52,575 nucleotides of DNA, taken from the NCBI GenBank assembly GCA_023659895.1, contig JAGXOL010000004.1, positions 1 to 52,575 on the forward strand, read 5' to 3'. The notes below the pieces were generated by a model that saw only the letters and a list, made by a program, of their open reading frames with translations, was not told where the DNA came from and did no database searches. This stretch comes from Candidatus Aenigmarchaeota archaeon LH_S7 (lineage in GTDB: Archaea > Aenigmatarchaeota > Aenigmatarchaeia > QMZS01). Each line of letters opens with the position of its first letter. Positions within the stretch are counted from its first letter, which is position 1. The position numbers were made by a program, and so were the translations under genes. Shown here in pieces: positions 19,692 to 27,833 of this stretch.

Positions 19692-19967
19692 ATGGCAGAA
19701 GCTCCATATAAAAGAACTTATAAACACGCAAAAGGAAGAGGTAGTGAACAAACTGTAGTGTGTTCCCTATGCGGAAAAAAAGTGCCTAAATACAAAACTT
19801 TTACAAAAAAGAAAGGATTTTTCATAACAGACCCTTCAGTAAAGAGAGAAGTTTCAGACAGCAACTTGCTCTTACCAAGAAAGAAAATCTACATCTGCCC
19901 ACAATGCGCAAGACACAAGAAAATATCGCAACCAGGAAGATCCAGGAAATCAAGAGCAAAGAAGTAA
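19692..19967 (+). CDS. rps26e: 30S ribosomal protein eS26 (S26e)
   Basis: KGRGSEQTVVCSLCGKKVPKYK...PRKKIYICPQCARHKKI aligns with the eS26 pattern KGRGH...C..C...VPKDKA...K.YYC.SCA.H.K; four Zn cysteines. Confidence 0.85.
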   Translation: MAEAPYKRTYKHAKGRGSEQTVVCSLCGKKVPKYKTFTKKKGFFITDPSVKREVSDSNLLLPRKKIYICPQCARHKKISQPGRSRKSRAKK

Positions 19968-20305
19968 TATGAAAGATTTTGCATTTCAAACAACCAAGAA
20001 GGCTGCAAACTACCTTTAAAGAATTTTAGGAGAGATGAGACACTAACTTCTGAGAGGGGGATGGCAAAAGAAATCGTGACAAAATATGACAAGGAAAATG
20101 ATTCCTTCTTCGTGGAGCAAATCTCAAAAAACTATCCAAATCACAACATTCTAACAGAGGAAAATGGATTCATTGACAAGAAAAAAGGATTATACTTGGA
20201 TTATTGACCCTCTGGATGGGACAAGCAATTATGCAACAGCAAACCCTTTTTTTTCTCAGTTTCCCTTGCAGTAGCAAAGAACAATGAAATTATTTTGGGA
20301 ATTAT

Positions 20306-20626
20306 ACTTAACCAAAGGCAAGAAAACTCCTTATTTCAATAATGGAGATGAATTGCCTATATAAAAGTTTTTTTGTAAATATATATAAGGACATACAGGT
20401 CCTGTATTGTCTTCTGGGTATATCTTGGAAGACGGGGCTGCTGAACCTACAATAGTGAAATAAGGCGTCTGAAAAAGGTGACTCAGCCCTAAACTAAAGC
20501 GTGTTAGACCAAAACCTCTGCTATAGTAAGTTTTGTTAGCGACTTTAGAACCTCGTTAGCCTTCTGTATTCAAAACAGTGTTTTGGTTAAGGAAGCTCCT
20601 GAATTTATTCAGGGAGAGGAAGTCAC
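20306..20626 (+). mobile_element. Non-autonomous IS200/IS605 derivative (321 bp) with left end, omega-RNA-like scaffold and right end, but no ORF
   Basis: ccaaaggcaagaaaactcc (20312-20330) identical to 31361-31379; left-end hairpin ggcaa..ctcc..ggag..ttgcc; 31-bp match (1 mismatch) 20408-20438 vs 32445-32475; right-end hairpin ctcctgaat-tt-attcagggag ending GTCAC. Removal after TTAT restores in-frame GII-NAPF. Confidence 0.82.
20377..20389 (+). promoter_or_regulatory. Candidate TATA box upstream of the omega-RNA-like scaffold
   Basis: aaatatatataag lies ~20-30 nt upstream of the conserved scaffold hairpin at 20410. Confidence 0.35.
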
Positions 20627-21081
20627 AAACGCACCTTTCATTGCGGAAAAAGGAAAGGGAGCCTTCCTGAATGGAAAGAAAATACAAGTATCTGAAGTAA
20701 ATAAAATTGAGAAAAGTTATTTACTCAGCTGCCAGGGAGGAGAACGAGATAATAAAAGAATTGCGAAAATAAACTCTGTAATCTACCAATCTCAAAGGAC
20801 ATGAAAAAGCTTGGCTCTGGAGCAATAGAAGGAGCTTATGTTGCTTGCGGAAGAGCGGATGCTTTTATTTCTCCGCAGATTGCTTCTTGGGACATAGCTG
20901 CAACAGCACTAATCCTAAAAGAAGCTGGAGGAAAAATCACTGATTTTGAAGGTAATGATTGGACACCAAAACAAAGCAATGTGATTCTCTCAAATGGAAA
21001 AATTCACAACAATATTATTGAATTAGTAGGAAAAGCTTTGAAATCATAATTGTCCGAGAAAGTTATCGAAATTAATTAAGT

Positions 21082-21615
21082 TTAGGCAGGTTTCTCATAT
21101 ATGAAAAGTCCATCTTGGAATTTTCTCCTATCCTTTTTACTTAACTTAGTCATTCTCTCTAATTTTGCAGCTGTCTGCCCTGCAAGTTCTTTATCTATTC
21201 CAGAAACTGTTATTTCATCCTTTGAAGCTTTTACTTCAACATTCTCAGGAATCTGCCTCTTTATAATATCCTTCTGACCAAGAAAATTCTTGACTTGTAT
21301 TTCATTACCTTGTACCTCAATTGAAATAGGGAAATGAACGTAAACAATCTTTAGTTTGTACTTATAACCTTCCTGCACACCATTAAACAAGTTCAAAACA
21401 TGATTCTTCACAGTGTTCAAAAGAGCTTTCCCTTTCTTGCTATCCAAATTTATACTTATTTTCAATTGTTTATCCTTTTTCTCAAACTTCAAAATATTAG
21501 CAACCACTCTGTTATAGAAATCTCTCTCAACCTCTCCTTTTTCCCCTTTTGCTTTCACTTTGAGTCTATCAACTTCCACCTCAATGTTTTCAGGAATATT
21601 AATAGCAACTTCCAT
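21082..21615 (-). CDS. rpl6: 50S ribosomal protein uL6
   Basis: IPENIEV...KGEKGEVER, YKYKLKIVYVHFP, NFLGQK, VSGIDKELAGQTAA, DRRKFQDG. Confidence 0.96.
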   Translation of the reverse strand: MEVAINIPENIEVEVDRLKVKAKGEKGEVERDFYNRVVANILKFEKKDKQLKISINLDSKKGKALLNTVKNHVLNLFNGVQEGYKYKLKIVYVHFPISIEVQGNEIQVKNFLGQKDIIKRQIPENVEVKASKDEITVSGIDKELAGQTAAKLERMTKLSKKDRRKFQDGLFIYEKPA

Positions 21616-21645
21616 TAATTTACAGAGAAATAAATTTTTTATTCT

Positions 21646-22986
21646 CTATTTTGGTATCTCTTTAATAACTTCATCAACCAGATCTTTTATTTTCTCAAAT
21701 TCTTCCTTTTCAGATGATTCAGCACCTATAGATATCTTCGCTTCCGTGTTTGAAGGCCTGAACAAAGCCCAACCATTATTAAAATTAACTCTTACACCAT
21801 CCAAAGTTATTAAATCATAACTTTTCTCTTCAAATTTCTTCTTCAAACTCTCAATAAACTTGAACTTTTCTTCTTCTTTGATATAAACCCTATCAGAATA
21901 AGAATAATATTTAGGATATTTAGAGGTTAGTTCAGACAAATTTTTTCCTTCCTCTTTCATAATACTCAAAATCCTCATGCAAGCAATCAATACATCATCA
22001 GCGTAACTAGTTTCTTTAAAGAAATAGTGCCCTGAAACTTCCCCAGCAATCACAGCTCTTTCCTCCAAGCACTTATTTGCAATATATGTGTGCCCTACTT
22101 TCCATATTATTGGTGTCCCCCCATTTTCCTTTGTGACATCATCAACTAACTTAGAACACAAAACATCATGAATAACTTTCCCTTTCTCATTTTTTAACTT
22201 GTCTTCTATCAACAATGAAAAAATATGATTCGTATTAATTAAATTACCTTTTCCATCAACAATATTTAACCTGTCCCCATCTGAATCAAAACCAAAACCC
22301 AAATCCGCACCTTTTTCTTTCACTTCTTTTTTTAAATCAACAATAAATTCTTTATTCATAGGATCTGGTATGTGATTAGGAAAATTACCATTTGGCTCAC
22401 AATACAATTCAATCACTTCAGCACCCTTTTCTTTCAAAGCTTGGGAATATATTTTTCCTGCAGAACCATTTGTTGCATCCACAACAACTTTTGTTTCATT
22501 AAAATTAGATCCAAAAGATTTTATAAAATTAATATACTCTTTCTTAATATCTCTTTTATTTAATTTCCCTTTACCTTCACTAAACTTACCTTTTTTGATA
22601 GTTTCCTTAATCTTGTTTAAACCAGTTTCATAGCCGATTGGAATCCCTTTGAAATTACAAACCTTGAAACCATTAAACTCTTTTGTTAAATGAGAACCTG
22701 TAACCATTATTCCCATTTCATAACCCAATTTATAACAAGCAAAGTAAATTACAGGAGTAGGAACCATTCCTATATCAGTAACTTCAATACCTGATTCAAC
22801 TAAACCTTTAACTAAATTATCTTTCAAAGAAGGAGAACTCAATCTTGCATCCCAACCCACAACAATTTTCTTGTCAGGGTACAAGGTTCCAAATGCCTTA
22901 CCAAACAAGTAAGCAACATTTTCATCAATTTCTTGGGGATAATTCCCCCTAACATCATAAGATCGAAATATTTTTTCAAGTTCCAT
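21646..22986 (-). CDS. Phosphomannomutase/phosphoglucomutase
   Basis: IFRSYDVRG, GWDARLSS, phosphoserine loop TGSH, metal loop FDSDGDR, GEVSGH, DGVR, RPSNTE. Confidence 0.95.
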   Translation of the reverse strand: MELEKIFRSYDVRGNYPQEIDENVAYLFGKAFGTLYPDKKIVVGWDARLSSPSLKDNLVKGLVESGIEVTDIGMVPTPVIYFACYKLGYEMGIMVTGSHLTKEFNGFKVCNFKGIPIGYETGLNKIKETIKKGKFSEGKGKLNKRDIKKEYINFIKSFGSNFNETKVVVDATNGSAGKIYSQALKEKGAEVIELYCEPNGNFPNHIPDPMNKEFIVDLKKEVKEKGADLGFGFDSDGDRLNIVDGKGNLINTNHIFSLLIEDKLKNEKGKVIHDVLCSKLVDDVTKENGGTPIIWKVGHTYIANKCLEERAVIAGEVSGHYFFKETSYADDVLIACMRILSIMKEEGKNLSELTSKYPKYYSYSDRVYIKEEEKFKFIESLKKKFEEKSYDLITLDGVRVNFNNGWALFRPSNTEAKISIGAESSEKEEFEKIKDLVDEVIKEIPK

Positions 22987-23004
22987 AATTCTATAAAATT
23001 CTTT

Positions 23005-23211
23005 TTAACACTCAATTACATGTAATGGTTTATTCCCCTTTTCCTTAGGTCTATATCCGCAATCCCACATTTTTTCTGGCCAGTCTGGATTGTACCAAGG
23101 GAAATTATCAGAACCAACAGGACTTCTCCCATATTTTCTTTCCACATTTGAAGGATCTTCAATTTGTTTTATAACTTTGCCTTTGAAAAATATGTATATT
23201 TTGTAATTTAA
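23005..23211 (-). pseudogene. Orphan 3' gene fragment without a start codon (68 codons)
   Basis: Open stretch KIYIFFKGKVIKQIEDPSNVERKYGRSPVGSDNFPWYNPDWPEKMWDCGYRPKEKGNKPLHVIEC*; its 5' part would lie under the IS remnant. Confidence 0.45.
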
Positions 23212-23239
23212 TTAATTTAAATACAAGTATTACAGATAA

Positions 23240-23564
23240 AGTCCCAAAAAAGCTACCGATTGGCTTAGAATTAAGGGTATTAAAGTTCTCTGTATATATT
23301 TATAGAGTTCTTTCTCTATAGTGGCTGGAGAAAGGTTAAAACTTCAGAACACTACACCTGTAAACCGTTGGCAACAACTAAATAAGAGGTAAGGTGCTTA
23401 TACAATAAAAAGACCAACGAGGTTTAGGCTATATGTCTAAACTAGGGGTTGTTTTGGCACAGCCCGTAACTGAGGCAGAGTTCATAAAGAAGTCAGCCGA
23501 AAGGTTTAGGGGTTCAGAGTGCGATCTCAGAATCTCCTGACTTTAGTGAGGGGGAGAGTGTCAA
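23240..23564 (+). mobile_element. Decayed tnpB remnant retaining omega-RNA scaffold and IS right end
   Basis: Right end tcagaatctcctgacttta...gtgtcaa (ends 23564) matches 32514-32547; hairpin gtttaggc-TATAT-gtctaaac then gggg and gcccgtaactg parallel the intact element; faint TnpB-like translation KATDWLRIKGIKV. Left boundary approximate, no left end seen. Confidence 0.75.
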
Positions 23565-23884
23565 TTTTCACCCCTCCACCTTCTTTTTCTCCCAACAACC
23601 TTATAATCTCCACCTTCTATTCTTATTCCTTTTCCATTAACAATTGCATCTGAAATCTTCTTTCTCGCACTAACCAACAAACGATTCAATGTTGGTTGGG
23701 AAACCTCCATCTTTTTAGCAGTCTTTACCTGGTCTAACTCTTCATAATCCTTTAAGCGAATTGCCTCATACTCATCAACATTCAACAGAACTTCCTCTAG
23801 ACCAGATATTCTTGCTCCAGCTGGCTTGAAATAATTTGTTTTCGGCAAATTTAGGACTTTTCTGAGTCTTCTTGGCCTAGGCAT
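23561..23884 (-). CDS. DUF134 family HTH protein
   Basis: MPRPRRLRKV...YFKPAG...DEYEAIRLKDYEELDQ...MEVSQPT...ARKKISDAIVNGKGIRIEGG; GAGGT SD upstream. Confidence 0.92.
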   Translation of the reverse strand: MPRPRRLRKVLNLPKTNYFKPAGARISGLEEVLLNVDEYEAIRLKDYEELDQVKTAKKMEVSQPTLNRLLVSARKKISDAIVNGKGIRIEGGDYKVVGRKRRWRGEN

Positions 23885-23886
23885 TG

Positions 23887-24195
23887 TTATACCTCATTTA
23901 ATTCTTTTAAAACTTCCTCAACTTTTTTGTTTTCAACTTCTTTAACCTTAACTCCTCCTTGTTCAAGAACATCTTTCATGTTTCTTCCTACTCTACCACA
24001 AACCACAATTTCAACTCCTTCATTCTTTAACATCTCTGCTACTTTTATCCCTGCTCTCCCACCATGAACATAAGGGTTCTCAATTGCTTTTATCAACTTT
24101 CCGTCCTCAAAAATCAAATAGTAAGGAGATCTACCCCCCACTTCACTTACCTCTGATTTTTCATCTTTTCCCATCGCAGAAATTCCCACTCTCAT
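23887..24195 (-). CDS. NifB/NifX-family (FeMo-cofactor-binding-like) protein
   Basis: GRSPYYLIFE...IENPY..GGRAGIKVAEML...VVCGRVG pattern. Confidence 0.88.
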   Translation of the reverse strand: MRVGISAMGKDEKSEVSEVGGRSPYYLIFEDGKLIKAIENPYVHGGRAGIKVAEMLKNEGVEIVVCGRVGRNMKDVLEQGGVKVKEVENKKVEEVLKELNEV

Positions 24196-24699
24196 AATCT
24201 AATAATTTTTTCAATAATTAAACCTTGGATTATTGAAACAAAAACCATTACTAAAGTAAGAACAACAACGAACTTAACTCCGAAGTAAGTAATTATTATA
24301 GGAATCAATGGAATCTTTATTGCCCTGTTGTACAAAAAAACAGAAATGAAACCATACCTCACACCTTTTTCTTTCAGGTCTTTCAAGAGAGGATACCACA
24401 TATAAATAGAACCTGTTGACAATATTCCTCCTCCAATTGCTATTAACCAACCCTTAACACCTTTTTCTTTTCCCAAAATACTTGACTATTTTCTTTGAAG
24501 TTACAAAATAATTAATCAAGGTCATGAAACCCAGAACTAAGAATAAGATAGGAATAATCTTCCTCGCAATTCCCCAAGCAAACTCCAAGGTTGGATAAAA
24601 CATTGCTGGATAAACAAAAGAACCTGCAAAAAACAAAATTATCACTACTAAAAGAAATAAGCTTCCTCCAACCCTCTCTTCCAACTTTAATTCCATCAT
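24192..24699 (-). pseudogene. Permease (DUF318-like) split by a single +1 frameshift into track ORFs 24454-24699 and 24192-24476
   Basis: Junction TAT TTT G GGA AAA GAA; removing one base gives ...KY(F/L)GKEKGVKGWLIAI...GSIYMWYPLL, the typical full permease. Confidence 0.7.
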
Positions 24700-25118
24700 A
24701 TCACTCCTAAAATCATGACAGTAAGAACTGCCACAATGATTGAAAATATAAAAGAGAGCCCATTCCTGAGCAATGCGAATTTCTTACCAAGCAAAAGACC
24801 TTCTGCGGGTAACTGAACAATACCAACAGTAACCCAGGCAACAAGAAAAGCGGTGACCGCAATTAACTTAACACCCTGATTTAAGAATTCCCCACCAAGA
24901 ACATAACTGTTTATTGGATTTCCAGCTAGAATACTACCTATAGCACTACCAATAAAGGAATCAACTAGATAATGATTTCCAAAAACTGAGGAATAAAAAG
25001 AACTTGGAATTAAGATAGAGGCCATACTGATTAATAATATGATCCCTATCAATGTTGGGAGGGTCTTGTACATCCCTCTGGCTGCTCTTTTCACAGCCTG
25101 TATTGCTCTCTGTCCCAT
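24696..25118 (-). CDS. Permease (DUF318-like small membrane protein)
   Basis: GSAIGSILAGNPINSYVLGGEFL...AWVTVGIVQLPAE...FALLRN motif; hydrophobic. Confidence 0.85.
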   Translation of the reverse strand: MGQRAIQAVKRAARGMYKTLPTLIGIILLISMASILIPSSFYSSVFGNHYLVDSFIGSAIGSILAGNPINSYVLGGEFLNQGVKLIAVTAFLVAWVTVGIVQLPAEGLLLGKKFALLRNGLSFIFSIIVAVLTVMILGVI

Positions 25119-25120
25119 GA

Positions 25121-25309
25121 TTATCTAATTCTTCTATTCTTCCTTCTCCAACCTCTTCTTTGAGCTAAACCAGCTCCGCAAGGACCTAAGCCCCTACCCA
25201 ATCTAGTTTTAGCTGTGCTATTGTTCTCGTTGGAGTCATTACAAAGACCCAATCCTCTTCCTGTTTTTGGACCTTGTCCCAAAGGACCTGTTTTATCTTT
25301 TCCAGGCAT
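25121..25309 (-). CDS. DUF5320 family protein
   Basis: MPGKDKTGPLGQGPKTGRGLGLC N-terminus, Gly/Arg-rich tail; GAGGTGA SD. Confidence 0.88.
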   Translation of the reverse strand: MPGKDKTGPLGQGPKTGRGLGLCNDSNENNSTAKTRLGRGLGPCGAGLAQRRGWRRKNRRIR

Positions 25310-25381
25310 AATACATCACCTCATGAATATATTACGAATATATATTCATAATTAATACACGAAAAATTTAAATACTTTAAA

Positions 25382-26359
25382 TCACTTCTTTTTAGCTGCC
25401 TTAGCCCTATAAAACCTCCTTTTAACAGTCCTGAAATACTTGTAGAAATGATGTGTCTTGGAAAGTTCAGCTCTTGTAATATCTGATGAAAGCAAGAACC
25501 CTGCAAATAATAATAATGCACCTCCATACAACAAACTAATTGAAGGAATCTCCCCCAAAATTATAAAACCGAAAAAAGCTGCTATTAAAGGAGAAACTAC
25601 AATGTCCACAAGAGAATAAATATTAGCATTTATTTTTTGTAAAGCAAAGGTGATGAAAAGGTACACCACACCAGTAGAGAAAACACCTAAACCAAGAACC
25701 CAGACTATTGCTGGTATCTGAACTGTTATTGCTAACAAAGGAGCTAATGAATAAGCATTGAAAGCAAACCACTCACCAAAACCAAAAATAAATGGCATTG
25801 GACTCAAGAAAACTGCTGCAAAAACTAAAAACCAAAAAACAATACCAGTTGTCTCAATCTTATCTTCATATCTCATGTAAGCAATCAAAACAGCATAAAT
25901 CAAACCATCTAACAAGGCAACCGCATTTCCAAAAGCATAACTCCCTGAAAAAGGTTTTGCTATGAAAACACCAAGGAAAGCAATCAAGAAAACAATTAGG
26001 TGCAACTTTGTTGTTTTTTCCTTCAAGAAAACAATTGAGAAAATGAAAACGAAGAAAGAATAAGTTGTCCATAATATTACTGCATTAGCAATAGGAACAA
26101 TACTGATTGCAAAATTAAAAGTTACCAATTGCGAAGCTATGAGACCTCCAATTATCAGAGTAGGTTTTATCTCCTTTCTTGAAATGTTCAGAAAACTCCT
26201 GTCAATCAAAGGAATTGTTATACCTAAGAAAAGTAATGCGAACAAAACACTATAAAAAGTGAGGGAAAATATGTTGATTGCATTCCCGGTTAGTTTAATG
26301 AAAATACCTATGGTGGCTTCTGCAACAGTTACAACTGTGAGTGGAAAATATTTGTTCAT
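25382..26359 (-). CDS. DMT/EamA family transporter
   Basis: About 10 TM helices in two EamA halves (FLKEK, FGFIILGE); start at 26359 supported by GGAG SD. Confidence 0.88.
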   Translation of the reverse strand: MNKYFPLTVVTVAEATIGIFIKLTGNAINIFSLTFYSVLFALLFLGITIPLIDRSFLNISRKEIKPTLIIGGLIASQLVTFNFAISIVPIANAVILWTTYSFFVFIFSIVFLKEKTTKLHLIVFLIAFLGVFIAKPFSGSYAFGNAVALLDGLIYAVLIAYMRYEDKIETTGIVFWFLVFAAVFLSPMPFIFGFGEWFAFNAYSLAPLLAITVQIPAIVWVLGLGVFSTGVVYLFITFALQKINANIYSLVDIVVSPLIAAFFGFIILGEIPSISLLYGGALLLFAGFLLSSDITRAELSKTHHFYKYFRTVKRRFYRAKAAKKK

Positions 26360-26369
26360 AATTACTCCT

Positions 26370-26624
26370 TTAAAATACAATTATTTTATTCTTTCTCCAT
26401 CCCATAGAATCAGTTATTATTAAAACATTCATTAATCTATTAACATTATAATCTAAATCATAATTATAAAAATCTGTATGAATATTTCCCAAATTAATTT
26501 CTAAATTCTCATCAAGTTGTGTCAAATTTTTAGAAAATTGTTTTGTTTCTGGAGATTGAACACAACCACTCAAAAACCAAACTTACTACTGTAAGCAGAA
26601 TAAATATACTTATAAATATTTTAT
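26370..26624 (-). pseudogene. Decayed lipoprotein-like gene
   Basis: GAGGT SD, then AT(G)-KIFISIFILLTVVSLVF, then a frameshift into LSGCVQ (lipobox-like) of track ORF 26370-26573. Confidence 0.4.
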
Positions 26625-26704
26625 GTTTTGACCTCTGCTGCCGAACTTTTATTAAATGCTTGCTTTCCGTTAGATTTATAAGTTATTTCCAATCTTAATT
26701 AATA

Positions 26705-27586
26705 ATGACAATGAAATTTTTAATAGTTGGAGATTTGCATGGAAATAAGCCAAACATTTACTTTGAAGGCTTTGATGCAATTATAGCTCCAGGGGATTTT
26801 TGTTCAGATGCTCTAAGAAAGTATATGTTTCAAGCATTAAGAGAAAATTTACAAAATCCTGATTCTAAAGTAGAATGGTATGATTTAGTAGGAAAAAGAG
26901 AAGCAAGAAAAATGATTAAAAAATCTCTTTCAGATGGGAGAAAAATATTAGAACAACTTAATTCTTTTGATGTTCCAGTTTATATTGTTCCAGGAAATTG
27001 GGATTGGACAAAAGAAAGAAATTCAGATTGGGATTTCCTAAAACAAGACCATTATAGAACCCTTACAAAAGGACTTTCCAATATTATTGATGTGCAGCAT
27101 AGAATTGTGGATATTGGAAATTATCAAATAATAGGACATGGAATTTCTTCAGGTCCAGAATATCCACAATATAAAGAAGATTTGGAAAGGCTAAAGCCAA
27201 AAGAATTGGCAAAAATAAAAAAAGAATATGAAAGAGATTCAAAGAAAGTTGCTTCTTTTTTTGGAAAAGCATCAAAGCCAGTTATTTTTTTATCCCATAA
27301 TGTGCCATTTAATACACCGCTTGATGAAATCACAGATAAAGATTCTCCAAGATATGGCTATCATTACGGTTCATTAATTGCCAAAGAAATGATTGACAAA
27401 TACCACCCATGTATTTGCATTGGTGGGCACATGCATGAACATTTTACAAAATCTAAGGTTGGAAAAACAACGGCAATTAATGCTGGATTTGGTTCTTATG
27501 TAAATGTTTGGATGGAGTTATTGGAAGATAAAATAAAAAGATTGGAATTTCATCAAGAAGGAGGCACTAACTCATTTCTTCTGTGA
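26705..27586 (+). CDS. Calcineurin-like metallophosphoesterase
   Basis: GDLHG, PGDF, PGNWD, SHNVP, GGHMHE, INAG motifs; start may be 26711. Confidence 0.9.
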   Translation: MTMKFLIVGDLHGNKPNIYFEGFDAIIAPGDFCSDALRKYMFQALRENLQNPDSKVEWYDLVGKREARKMIKKSLSDGRKILEQLNSFDVPVYIVPGNWDWTKERNSDWDFLKQDHYRTLTKGLSNIIDVQHRIVDIGNYQIIGHGISSGPEYPQYKEDLERLKPKELAKIKKEYERDSKKVASFFGKASKPVIFLSHNVPFNTPLDEITDKDSPRYGYHYGSLIAKEMIDKYHPCICIGGHMHEHFTKSKVGKTTAINAGFGSYVNVWMELLEDKIKRLEFHQEGGTNSFLL

Positions 27587-27603
27587 GGCGGACTCGCAAT
27601 TGA

Positions 27604-27696
27604 GCATAATACATACGATTAAGAGAAGTCTGAGTAGAGCAAGGATTTAGATGTATCGAGGTGCAACCGAGCGAAACCGTTAAATCGCTGTTATAT
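27604..27696 (-). other. attC-like imperfect palindrome (integron cassette recombination site-like)
   Basis: Minus strand reads ATATAAC-AG-CGATTTAA ... TTAATCG ... ATTATGC: paired end boxes and inner boxes with one unpaired base; GC-richer than surroundings. Confidence 0.4.
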
Positions 27697-27810
27697 TCCC
27701 GGAGGGCTGAAATTTAGTGCAACATTCCGAAGGAAAATTTTTGAGTTTTGAAATAAGCAAAAACCTCCTATTTCTTTTTCATCCATTGCCCCTCTTATAT
27801 CCTTATTCAT
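27691..27810 (-). CDS. Possible 39-aa ORF ending inside the attC-like end box
   Basis: MNKDIRGAMDEKEIGGFCLFQNSKIFLRNVALNFSPPGI*; TT-ATG start; stop is the TAA of ATATAAC. Coding status unproven. Confidence 0.25.
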   Translation of the reverse strand: MNKDIRGAMDEKEIGGFCLFQNSKIFLRNVALNFSPPGI

Positions 27811-27833
27811 AATTTAATTAATTAAGAAATATT

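Larger units (their letters stand above)
19969..21049 (+). pseudogene. suhB: Inositol monophosphatase (SuhB/IMPase family) pseudogene: IS-derived insertion plus about 4 frameshifts
   Basis: Segments in changing frames: IVTKYD, ILTEE, WIIDPLDGTSNY, FSVSLA...LGII | NAPF...AEKGKGAFLNG, GSGAIEGAYVACGRAD, WDIAA...EAGG. Track ORFs 20583-20804 and 20801-21049 are fragments. Confidence 0.9.

Noticed and set aside
20308-20590. TTAA target duplication with CCAAA/TTTGG inverted repeats defining a 275-bp element
   Set aside because: A genuine IS605-type right-end hairpin ending GTCAC lies further on (20591-20626), IS200/IS605 do not duplicate targets, and the longer boundary restores a better IMPase sequence.
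20400-20590. Group I intron / IStron
   Set aside because: Only short chance resemblances to R and S elements on inconsistent strands; the sequence is explained as an omega-RNA scaffold.
23170-23190. IS left-end match caaaggcaa
   Set aside because: 9 bp only, wrong strand, explained by KGK codons of the orphan fragment.
24454-24490. Programmed ribosomal frameshift in the permease
   Set aside because: Requires a +1 shift without a recognisable slippery site or stimulator; a simple indel is more parsimonious.
27590-27740. RNase P RNA, SRP RNA or group II intron domain V
   Set aside because: Lacks GAGGAAAGTCC/P4 pairing, the SRP helix-8 motif and a proper domain V; too short.
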